The notes under the pieces were generated by a model that saw only the letters and a list, made by a program, of their open reading frames with translations, was not told the DNA's origin and did no database searches. Both the position numbers and the translations under genes were made by a program. From contig NZ_CP013011.1 of NCBI RefSeq assembly GCF_001412615.1, positions 840,001 to 872,000 on the forward strand: 32,000 nt of DNA. The letters run 5' to 3'. This document shows positions 25,470-32,000 of the stretch, one piece after another. The stretch's first letter is position 1, and each line of letters opens with the position of its first letter. This stretch comes from Pyrodictium delaneyi. GTDB lineage: Archaea > Thermoproteota > Thermoprotei_A > Sulfolobales > Pyrodictiaceae.

Positions 25470-26684
25470 CTACGCTACCTTTTCGTACATGTATTCCTCT
25501 TTGGCTCCTTCTCTGGGCTTGAACACTATGACTGCTTTCTGGATGCTTTTCCTCCTTTTCCTCTCTAGCGGGAATACTGCTAGCGCCTCTGCTGTACTCC
25601 ATAGCTGCTGTAGTGCACTAGGGTGGCGTGTGCAGGAATCAGCAATGGGAGCGATTGTTTCTAGGAGCTGCTTGTAGTTCTTTGCATTACGTGCATATTC
25701 TGCTGTTTTCTCCATGCAGTCCTCGATGATGTCAAAACCGCCTATTGTTGTTAGTCGGTATATGCTTCTTAGAGCATCCATTCCGCTAAGCAGAGTACCT
25801 GCTTCGGCGACAGCTATACCGTATAGTGGCTTGAGAAGGGTTGGTGGTTCTTTATAGAAGTCTGTTGTGAATTCATAGACTTGTGTGCCGTCACTTAGTA
25901 TGTGGCTGGGCTTGAGCTGTTTGGCTATATCGTTTAGGATCCTACGGTAGACGTCTGCGAAGTAGTCATAGCTGAAGCATAGTTTATCGTTTATCAGCAC
26001 CATTCTATTATCATTGCTCACCTTTGGGTAGTCCTTAAAGAATTTGCTAGATACTCCGTAGTACCCAAGGACGCTCTTTACGGCTGGGAAGTCTAATATG
26101 CCTGCATCAATGCACACTCCATGTTTCCGGAAACCTACGCCATAGCCACTGGGAGCTAGCGAGGCTAGGACTGTAGATCCAGTGTCCTCTATAATGTACT
26201 CGGCTCTTGAGTAGGTGCTTAGGGCTTTGTGGGCTATGCGCGGTATATCTTCCACGCTACTGATCTTAATTGTCTGTGGCGGGAACCCCGTCGCGTACGT
26301 TTTTCGATACATTACTGTACCGCAGAGGGGACAGAGGAAGTAAAGGTACAGAGTCCCATAAGCATCACCGCTGTAGCCTATGCGTAATAGGGCCAAGCTT
26401 TCACCGCATTTGGGGCACCGAAAGATTATGTGATCCGTTTCGTCAACTTCTATGCGGGGCTTGGCATGCCTATTTATGGCCTCGGCTAAGTCTATGCCAA
26501 GTTCTCCCATAAGGTCTACCATGAAGCCCTTATCCTTCCCTTCGTTAACATAGTTCCAAACGAGTTCTGAGACAAGTTCGCTGATAGATTTGCCTTGTAT
26601 GTCTGCTATTGTGGCAAGAGTTTCATAGACTTCTTTCCTAATAGTTATGGTACGGTACGATTCCTTCGGCATCTCTGACACCAC
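25470..26684 (-). CDS. Ribbon-helix-helix (CopG-like) + zinc-ribbon protein with a large uncharacterised C-terminal domain
   Basis: N-terminus: RTITIRKEVYETLATIADIQGKSISELVSELV (RHH pattern). Then FRCPKCGESL...FLCPLCGT (CxxC...CxxC). The likely true start is the ATG at 26672 (MPKESY...). Confidence 0.55.
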   Translation of the reverse strand: MVSEMPKESYRTITIRKEVYETLATIADIQGKSISELVSELVWNYVNEGKDKGFMVDLMGELGIDLAEAINRHAKPRIEVDETDHIIFRCPKCGESLALLRIGYSGDAYGTLYLYFLCPLCGTVMYRKTYATGFPPQTIKISSVEDIPRIAHKALSTYSRAEYIIEDTGSTVLASLAPSGYGVGFRKHGVCIDAGILDFPAVKSVLGYYGVSSKFFKDYPKVSNDNRMVLINDKLCFSYDYFADVYRRILNDIAKQLKPSHILSDGTQVYEFTTDFYKEPPTLLKPLYGIAVAEAGTLLSGMDALRSIYRLTTIGGFDIIEDCMEKTAEYARNAKNYKQLLETIAPIADSCTRHPSALQQLWSTAEALAVFPLERKRRKSIQKAVIVFKPREGAKEEYMYEKVA

Positions 26685-26962
26685 GAAAAAATATGCACAT
26701 ACATATATATAAACTTTTCTTAGTAGTACCGTACCATAGCTCTTGGATTGTAGTAAGAAACAATGCTATACTTTATCTTCATCAAGATGGTTTAGGCTAG
26801 TTAGTGTAGTTAGTGTCCGTGCTTTTCACGTGCTATATATTAGTTAGCTTATTATCTAGAATTAATTGACTGCTACGTGGCTTTTTATTTGTGTTAGGCC
26901 TTAACACTTGTAGAGTTATATTGAAGAGGTAATACTACTTTGAGGTAATACGGGTCGGTGTC
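26685..26962. promoter_or_regulatory. AT-rich divergent intergenic region with short direct repeats (candidate operators)
   Basis: TATA-like acatatatataaac at about 26700-26714. Tandem AGTTAGTGT x2 at 26799-26807 and 26808-26816, with a third TAGTTAG at 26841-26847. GAGGTAATAC occurs at 26926-26935 and 26942-26951. Confidence 0.4.
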
Positions 26963-28351
26963 TTGACCAACGATGGAGGAGTAAATGTACAGGGCTACTA
27001 TGGTATGGCGCTCTACCGGTTGGTTTCCTTTAGCACACTGAGGGGGCTGAGTAGGAGGCTATGCAAAAGCGCGCCATGCAGGAAGGACGATTTGAAGTAT
27101 GATTGTGCGTTTGGTCTTGTTGATGAATGCTTTGGTGTGATAAAGAGGCTTGTTTTTGATAGCGGGTTTAAGGGCTGTGAGACTATAGTTGCGAAGAATA
27201 CGCGGTCGTATTTTCTTCCCGTGCTAGAGGCTGTTGATGCCGGAAGGCTGGGCGATGTGCTTCATTATCCCGAGGATCCTCCGATCTCTATTCGTCGTTC
27301 AGATGGTATGCTGATTGGCCGGCTGGGTGTCGAGGCTAGGCCTGTGTATGGGGTGAAGCTGGGTGACTGGCCTAGGGGTAGTGTGGAGCTTCTAGATAAT
27401 GGTGCTATCGTTGTACGCTCGAGCGTGGGTAAGATCACTCTGGCTCCTCTTCCTAGCCCGGATAGTTCTGATGGTATGTTGCAGCTCGGCGACGCTAGGT
27501 GGTATTTGTACTTGTTCACGGCGAGGAGGAGGGAGGCTTTTGAGCTGGGTGTGGCTCCCTCGACTGACAAGGGTATCAGCGAGATTCGCCCCTTTACCCC
27601 GTTTGGTGCATTGTTGGTAACTAGTAGGAGGCTGGGGAATGGCTGGTCTGTTGTCGAGCTAAGGGTCTATGCCCAGCGGAGACTGGCTAGGATGTTTGAC
27701 AGCATAGTATCCTTCCTTACAGCCCTTATGAACGGTAGGCTAAGCGGAAAAGGAGAGACCATTGTTCTTGATGCGGGTTTCCCCATTATAAGGCCTTATA
27801 GAGCGTTTATCGCGTCTAATCTCTGGGAGGCGTTGAACGGCAGTCATAAGCTATCGTTTATGGCCCTGAGGGGGATGGATTTCGCCCTTATGATATTTGG
27901 GAGAAAGCTTGTCTATCCGATTATGCGTGATGATGACGGAGACTCGGAGATAAAGAAGCTCATAGAGGCTATCCGGAAGGTTAATAATGGCGAGATGAGC
28001 GTCGAGGACTTCGTAAAGAATGTCCTAGCCAGGGGCTATGAGATAGGCTATATGAAGCTAAGTAATGTAACTAATCCAGACCTATATAGCGAGATCTTGG
28101 ATGATGCGAGGCAGGGTATAATGGGAGGCAGCAGCGACATTGTCAAGGCTATAGTCAGCAGCGTTAGCAAGCCATACGTTGGGTTTAAGCCGGCTAGGCT
28201 GAGAGTAGACTACTTCTCTAACATGACGGAGGAGGCTGCATACGAGAATGTTGTGAAGCCCCTGGAGAGTTCTATAGCGAGAGTGCTTGATGAGGTCGCT
28301 AGGCAGGTGCAGCGGGGCTATGGACTGCAGAAGGCTGTTAATGCTGCTTAG
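26963..28351 (+). CDS. Hypothetical protein (462 aa), no recognisable domain
   Basis: Long ORF transcribed divergently from the RHH gene. The ATG at 27005 (MALYRLV...) is an alternative start. Its stop overlaps the start of the next gene. Confidence 0.55.
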   Translation: MTNDGGVNVQGYYGMALYRLVSFSTLRGLSRRLCKSAPCRKDDLKYDCAFGLVDECFGVIKRLVFDSGFKGCETIVAKNTRSYFLPVLEAVDAGRLGDVLHYPEDPPISIRRSDGMLIGRLGVEARPVYGVKLGDWPRGSVELLDNGAIVVRSSVGKITLAPLPSPDSSDGMLQLGDARWYLYLFTARRREAFELGVAPSTDKGISEIRPFTPFGALLVTSRRLGNGWSVVELRVYAQRRLARMFDSIVSFLTALMNGRLSGKGETIVLDAGFPIIRPYRAFIASNLWEALNGSHKLSFMALRGMDFALMIFGRKLVYPIMRDDDGDSEIKKLIEAIRKVNNGEMSVEDFVKNVLARGYEIGYMKLSNVTNPDLYSEILDDARQGIMGGSSDIVKAIVSSVSKPYVGFKPARLRVDYFSNMTEEAAYENVVKPLESSIARVLDEVARQVQRGYGLQKAVNAA

Positions 28352-29213
28352 TGCTGCGGAGGGGTATGTGATTGGTGGGGAGCGGTACTACTGTGTGGTT
28401 GAGTCTCAGCTCCCGTTTCTGGGCATAAGCGTGGACGAGATGGAGTCGTTGCCTGGTGCGAGGAGTGTCTGCTGCTGGGAGGGAGGTGTCTGCGGGGACT
28501 GTGTGGAGTCGTTGTGGCCGCCGATCTATGTAGCGCGTTGCGTAGGGGCACGTGGCCTCGAGGAACTGATAGCGTCCAGCTGTATACAGGGCGGCCTTAA
28601 GGGCGTCTCCAGGCAAGAGCATGTCCTGGAGCGTTGTGTTGTTTTTCTAAGACTGCTGAGCGCACTCTTCAAGATGCGGATAAACAACGAGGTGATGTTT
28701 AAGAGGATCCTCGAGGGACTTCTGCGTATCACTCTCCCAGACTGCATAGTAGGAGTAGAGAGCCATCCACGGTTTGACGTAAGCAGGGTAGACATATTCA
28801 TAGAGTGTCGCGACGCTGCCGTGGCTATAGACATCAAGTCGCCGAAGGACATAAGGGATACGCCGGCCAAGAGCACTCCAGACCAGATTGCGAAGACCTT
28901 CATGCACCTTAGGGAGAGCTACCAGTGGGAGAGGAAGCCGGTGGCGTTTATCGTTATACCGACCAACGGTCAGCCAATACCATACTTCTACGGTATCGGC
29001 GAGAGGGAGAAGGGCTACATCCACTTGCTTACATTGTTGACTATACCTGGCCTAGAGAAGTACTGCAAGAAGATGGAGAGGGAGCAAGATAGGCCGTTTA
29101 CCCTGCACGAGCTGCTTTATGCTCTAGCCACCGCCAAGGTGGAGACGATACACATCGAAGAGAGGGAGCTGGCAAGGTTCTTCCGGCGGCACCTGGACAC
29201 GGCAGAGCTCTAA
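28341..29213 (+). CDS. Hypothetical protein with a possible PD-(D/E)xK nuclease core
   Basis: The ATG at 28341 overlaps the upstream stop (28349-28351) by 11 nt, so I prefer it to the track start at 28287. ESHPRFDVSRVDIFIECRDAAVAIDIKSPKD could be an E...D...(D/E)xK core. This is a weak, motif-only call. Confidence 0.5.
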   Translation: MLLSAAEGYVIGGERYYCVVESQLPFLGISVDEMESLPGARSVCCWEGGVCGDCVESLWPPIYVARCVGARGLEELIASSCIQGGLKGVSRQEHVLERCVVFLRLLSALFKMRINNEVMFKRILEGLLRITLPDCIVGVESHPRFDVSRVDIFIECRDAAVAIDIKSPKDIRDTPAKSTPDQIAKTFMHLRESYQWERKPVAFIVIPTNGQPIPYFYGIGEREKGYIHLLTLLTIPGLEKYCKKMEREQDRPFTLHELLYALATAKVETIHIEERELARFFRRHLDTAEL

Positions 29214-29536
29214 GACCGGGCTTGGTGGGGCTGGAGTTGTCTCTCGGGCGCGTCTATGGCTTCCTGGTGCTCTTCGGGAGGTGGCTGGGTCTCGCTCCTA
29301 CCGGCCCTGGCTTCCTCTTGCCTGCCGCTTCCAGGCCAAGACCGAGGTGGTGCCAGCAGGAGGACAGCGGGGTGCTTCTACTGTGCGGTACCGCAGTAGT
29401 AGAGCCCCCGGGACGGGGTAGACATGATCACACAGAGGGATACCACAAGAGGGGGTGAAGGGTCAGCAGGCACCCCCGGCGGTGCTCCGGGAGCCTGGCT
29501 GGAGAGACATGCGCCGGGCTGGCTTGTGGAGGGGTT

Positions 29537-29920
29537 GTGGCCGGGGCCTTTGATATAAGGGCTGGTTTGCTCTTTGTCTGGTTTGGTGTGTTGTCCGGGA
29601 TGCATTGGTGGTGGGGTGGTGAGGCTGGCTACTGGGGTGGCTCCTGGGGCCATATGTACCCCTGGTCTCCGTGGGTGTTCCCGTTTATGGGCTTGTTCTG
29701 GGGTTTTGGGGGCTTAGTGTGGCTCTTTCTGGGCTTGCTTGTGGCGTTCTTCGTTTACAGTGATGCGTCGGGGAGGTATCCGCGGGGTAGCTTGGCGCCG
29801 TTGGCGTGGGCGGTTGGTGTGGTGTTTGGCGGGCTGTTGGTGCTGCTCATATACCTGGTGGTTAGGCCGTCGGGGGAGAGGAGGGAGGAGATGGAGGAGA
29901 AGGGGGAGGGGCGGGGCTAG
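29537..29920 (+). CDS. Small Trp/Gly-rich membrane protein (PLDc_N-like C-terminal half?)
   Basis: Two or three hydrophobic segments. LLVAFFVYSDASGRYPRGSLAPLAWAVGVVFGGLLVLLIYLVVRP resembles the small cardiolipin-synthase-N-terminal-type membrane domain. Start is uncertain (GTG 29537 or the ATG of MHWWWGG). Confidence 0.4.
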   Translation: MAGAFDIRAGLLFVWFGVLSGMHWWWGGEAGYWGGSWGHMYPWSPWVFPFMGLFWGFGGLVWLFLGLLVAFFVYSDASGRYPRGSLAPLAWAVGVVFGGLLVLLIYLVVRPSGERREEMEEKGEGRG

Positions 29921-30056
29921 GGACCCCTGGTAGGGTGTCTGTGGCCTGGCCTGGTTGCTGCTCTCTGTGCCCGTGTTGGTGGTTCTCTCCGGGGTTACCT
30001 CTCTTCTGTGGCTCTGGCGTGCTGCCGGGGGTGCTCTGGGTGGTGGTCCCTCTGTA

Positions 30057-30068
30057 GGGGGGGGGGGG
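30057..30068 (+). repeat. Homopolymeric G12 tract
   Basis: Twelve consecutive G, directly readable. It lies about 10 nt upstream of a T-rich box (aggtttttatcg) and about 70 nt upstream of the aminotransferase ATG at 30139. Confidence 0.95.
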
Positions 30069-30138
30069 CGTGTGTAGGTTTTTATCGCGGGTTCTACTGG
30101 TTCGGGGGTGGTGTGCTGGTGTGGCGCGCTTCCTCCTA

Positions 30139-31260
30139 ATGACGCCGGGTCCGACGGTTGTGGATCCCGACGTCCTGTTGGAGATGGCCCGGCCGACGAT
30201 GAACCATGTGTCGCCGGAGTTTGACGAGCTGCACCGTGAGACACTGGGGCTGCTGGGGAGGGTGTTCGGCACCGGGGGCCGTGTCATACTGTTCCCGGGG
30301 AGTGGTACTGCCGCGATGGAGCTGGCGGTGCGGAGTGTCGTCGGCCCTGGGGACCGTGTGCTCGTGCTCCGTGCGGGTGTGTTCGGGGACTATCTCGCCG
30401 AGGCGGCCCGGAGCGTTGGGGCGCGGGTCGACGTGGCCCGGGTGGAGCCCGGCAAGGGGTTTACGGCGTCTATGCTGGAGGAGTACCTGTCCGGGGCCAG
30501 CTATTCCGCTGTGTTGTTCCAGCACGTGGATACCTCTACTTCTGTCGCTAACCCGGTGGCCGAGCTAGCTAGGGTGGCTAGGAGGCACGGCGCCCGGGTT
30601 GTGGTGGACGGGGTGGCCTCGATAGGCGGTATGGAGATGAGGATGGACGAGTGGGGCGTAGACGTGTGCTTCACGGGCTCGCAGAAAGCGCTCTCCACTC
30701 CGCCAGGCCTAGCCATAGTGGCCTTCCGCGAGGGGTTCGAGCCCCGTAGGGACACCTCGACACTCTTCTTCAACGTGGAGAAGCTCCTCGCGGAGATGGA
30801 GTCTACCCGGAACTACTACCTCACACCAGCAGTCAACCTAGTATACGGCCTCAACAGGTCGCTCAAGCGGATGATAGAGGGGGAGGGGCTCGGGGAGCGC
30901 TACCGCCGCCACCGCGTCATGGCTGAGGCTGTGCAGGCCGCTGTCGAGGCACTGGGGCTCCAGCTGGTCGCCGAGAAGCCCTTCCGGGCCCGCACAGTCA
31001 CAGCCGTCTACTTGCCCCGGGGCATAGAGTGGCCAAGGCTCTACACGGAGGCCCGGAGGAGGGGCGTAGAGCTAGCCGGGGGCCTCGGCGAGCTGAAGGG
31101 CAGGATATTCAGGATAGGACACATGGGCGAAACCACGGTAAACGACATAGCCGCCACGATAGCCGTGCTCGAGAGGGTACTCGCCAGGCTAGGCTACAGC
31201 GTTAAACTAGGCAAGGGGCTAGAGGCTATGCAGCAAGTCCTAGACAGCCATGGATACTAG
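30139..31260 (+). CDS. Class V pyridoxal-phosphate aminotransferase (serine-pyruvate/alanine-glyoxylate type)
   Basis: MTPGPTVVDPDVL...VILFPGSGTAAMELAV...FTGSQKALSTPPGLA, with the PLP lysine in SQK. I prefer the ATG at 30139 to the track GTG at 30070, because family members start at M-x-PGP. Confidence 0.8.
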   Translation: MTPGPTVVDPDVLLEMARPTMNHVSPEFDELHRETLGLLGRVFGTGGRVILFPGSGTAAMELAVRSVVGPGDRVLVLRAGVFGDYLAEAARSVGARVDVARVEPGKGFTASMLEEYLSGASYSAVLFQHVDTSTSVANPVAELARVARRHGARVVVDGVASIGGMEMRMDEWGVDVCFTGSQKALSTPPGLAIVAFREGFEPRRDTSTLFFNVEKLLAEMESTRNYYLTPAVNLVYGLNRSLKRMIEGEGLGERYRRHRVMAEAVQAAVEALGLQLVAEKPFRARTVTAVYLPRGIEWPRLYTEARRRGVELAGGLGELKGRIFRIGHMGETTVNDIAATIAVLERVLARLGYSVKLGKGLEAMQQVLDSHGY

Positions 31261-31472
31261 GCGATACCCGGGGGATCCTGGGCGGCGGGCCGTAGGGCAC
31301 GACACACCCTCTACCCCCTCGTAGCTGCAGGGGCAGTCATGGCAGCCCCTGGACTAGTGCTGGGTCCTGGTGGTTGGTTCGTTTCTGTATCCCCTGGCTG
31401 CTGTACCGCTACCGCTGCTGCCACGCTATTTAAGGCTACGAGGATTGTTGTTAGAGCTGGAGGGCTGCGGCT

Positions 31473-31676
31473 GTGGCTAGGATAGTTCGTGCCCGGTACG
31501 AGAAGGGCGTACTAAGGCCTTTGGAGGATCTCGGGCTAGATGAGGGTGAGGAAGTGATAATAAGAGTGATTAGTGTTGAGGAGAGACGTCGTGTATTGAG
31601 GAAGTATAAGGGTGTCCTGGGTCCTGTTGACGAGGAATTGTTGGAGGAGGCGCTGGAGGAGGCAGAAACTCTTTGA
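31473..31676 (+). CDS. Small antitoxin-family protein (AF2212/DUF104-like)
   Basis: GTG start. MARIVRARYEKGVLRPLEDLGLDEGEEVIIRV...RKYKGVLG is paralogous to 6754..6915 and 7873..8115. TATA-like tatttaagg sits about 40 nt upstream. Confidence 0.65.
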   Translation: MARIVRARYEKGVLRPLEDLGLDEGEEVIIRVISVEERRRVLRKYKGVLGPVDEELLEEALEEAETL

Positions 31677-31998
31677 TCTATGTGGATGCTAATGCCCTGG
31701 TATACCTCCTCCATGATGTTAGGCCTAGATCCGATATAGTAGAGGATGTACTGAGCCGGGAGGATAGGGTATACACTAGTCTACGCACCTTAGAGGGGTC
31801 TCCTACGTCCTGATACGTGTAAAGGCTACGAGGCAGTATGGGGTACGAGGAGTACATGGGGTAAGAGAGGCTATAAAGCGCTATGGGCTTGGCTTCGTGA
31901 AGAGGGAGCTGGAGCAGCTACGCGGCATTATCAGAGATTATGGTGTAGAAGTGCTACCCGACATAGCTGCTCTTGACGAGCTACACGAAACCATGTGA
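31673..31998 (+). pseudogene. vapC: PIN-domain toxin gene, frameshifted and prematurely terminated (continues to window edge)
   Basis: The TTG at 31673 overlaps the antitoxin stop (TTGA). It gives LIYVDANALVYLL...VYTSLRTLEG, then a stop at 31811-31813. The homologous sequence continues in another frame (VSYVLIRVKATRQYG...KRYGLGFVKRELEQLRGIIRDYGVEVLPDIAALDELHETM*), stopping at 31996-31998, before the expected C-terminal acidic motifs. Confidence 0.5.
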
Positions 31999-32000
31999 GG

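Larger units (their letters stand above)
20936..29215. other. Compositionally atypical, mosaic low-GC genomic island (no integrase or transposase seen)
   Basis: G+C drops abruptly after about 20,940 and recovers right after the stop at 29,213. The outer parts are about 45-55% G+C by eye. The core (22,369-25,469) is about 20-35% per 60-nt line. Flanks are about 60-70%. Confidence 0.7.

Noticed and set aside
29222-29536. Possible structured RNA gene (SRP/7S-like) in the GC-rich gap after the island. Cues were the CCAGGCC...GCCAGCAGG string and the hairpin ctactgtgcgg-ta-ccgcagtag at about 29,383-29,407
   Set aside because: The candidate helix-8-like segment lacks a GNAR tetraloop and the conserved symmetric-loop sequence. 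I could not build end-to-end pairing. A covariance-model search (Rfam/Infernal) is needed before any call.
29935-30057. 40-codon GTG-initiated Cys/Trp-rich ORF (VSVAWPGCCSLCPCWW...) in the A-poor spacer
   Set aside because: It is too short. It has no ribosome-binding or promoter evidence and sits in strongly skewed sequence, where open frames arise by chance.
30070-30138. GTG 30070 as the aminotransferase start
   Set aside because: The 23-aa extension (MCRFLSRVLLVRGWCAG...) would begin inside the promoter-like T-rich box next to the G12 tract. Family members begin at the M-x-PGP motif (ATG 30139).
29222-30287. ORFs 29222..29458 (+), 29378..29653 (-), 29714..30244 (-) and 29862..30287 (-)
   Set aside because: Their Pro/Thr/Ser/Gly-rich low-complexity products follow directly from the G+T/C+A skew. 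They carry no motifs and overlap better-supported genes.
1-32000. CRISPR arrays, tRNA/rRNA genes, IS elements, integrases
   Set aside because: Visual scanning found no regularly spaced repeats, no T-loop (GTTCRAATC-like) or rRNA signatures, and no DDE or tyrosine-recombinase-like ORFs. tRNAscan/Infernal/ISfinder-type searches are still needed to confirm their absence.

Overview
GC-rich chromosome segment (about 60% G+C or more by eye), probably from a hyperthermophilic archaeon. The archaeal origin is inferred, not proven. It rests on frequent GTG/TTG starts, A/T-rich TATA-like boxes about 25-40 nt upstream of starts, and several small-antitoxin (AF2212/DUF104-like)/PIN toxin-antitoxin modules.

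Layout:
- (i) 1-5.6 kb: housekeeping and miscellaneous genes. These are a 5'-truncated isoleucyl-tRNA synthetase, a Nudix hydrolase, a DUF6516/TumE-like two-gene pair and a membrane protein.
- (ii) 5.9-8.1 kb: three toxin-antitoxin modules. One PIN toxin is broken by two frameshifts.
- (iii) 9.3-20.9 kb: the most interesting region, a head-to-head locus around a CA-rich 142-bp divergent promoter. The minus arm runs RecB/Cas4-like nuclease -> SF1B (Upf1/Dna2-type) helicase -> small PD-(D/E)xK endonuclease -> SPPF DNA methyltransferase. The plus arm runs DUF1156-type DPPY methyltransferase -> DUF499-type (BrxC/PglY-like) P-loop ATPase. I cannot assign this combination to any named defence system.
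- (iv) 20.9-29.2 kb: a compositionally mosaic low-GC island with no integrase or transposase. It holds an HNH-like gene split by one in-frame TAG, a very AT-rich McrBC-like pair, and a 404-aa RHH + zinc-ribbon protein. A divergent, translationally coupled pair follows (462-aa unknown + about 290-aa PD-(D/E)xK-like protein).
- (v) 29.2-32.0 kb: a strikingly A-poor, G+T-rich stretch with a Trp/Gly-rich small membrane ORF and a G12 tract, a class V aminotransferase, and a fourth TA module whose PIN gene is also degraded.

I recognised no rRNA, tRNA, CRISPR array, transposase or integrase. All family assignments come from motif recognition by eye and need profile searches to confirm.
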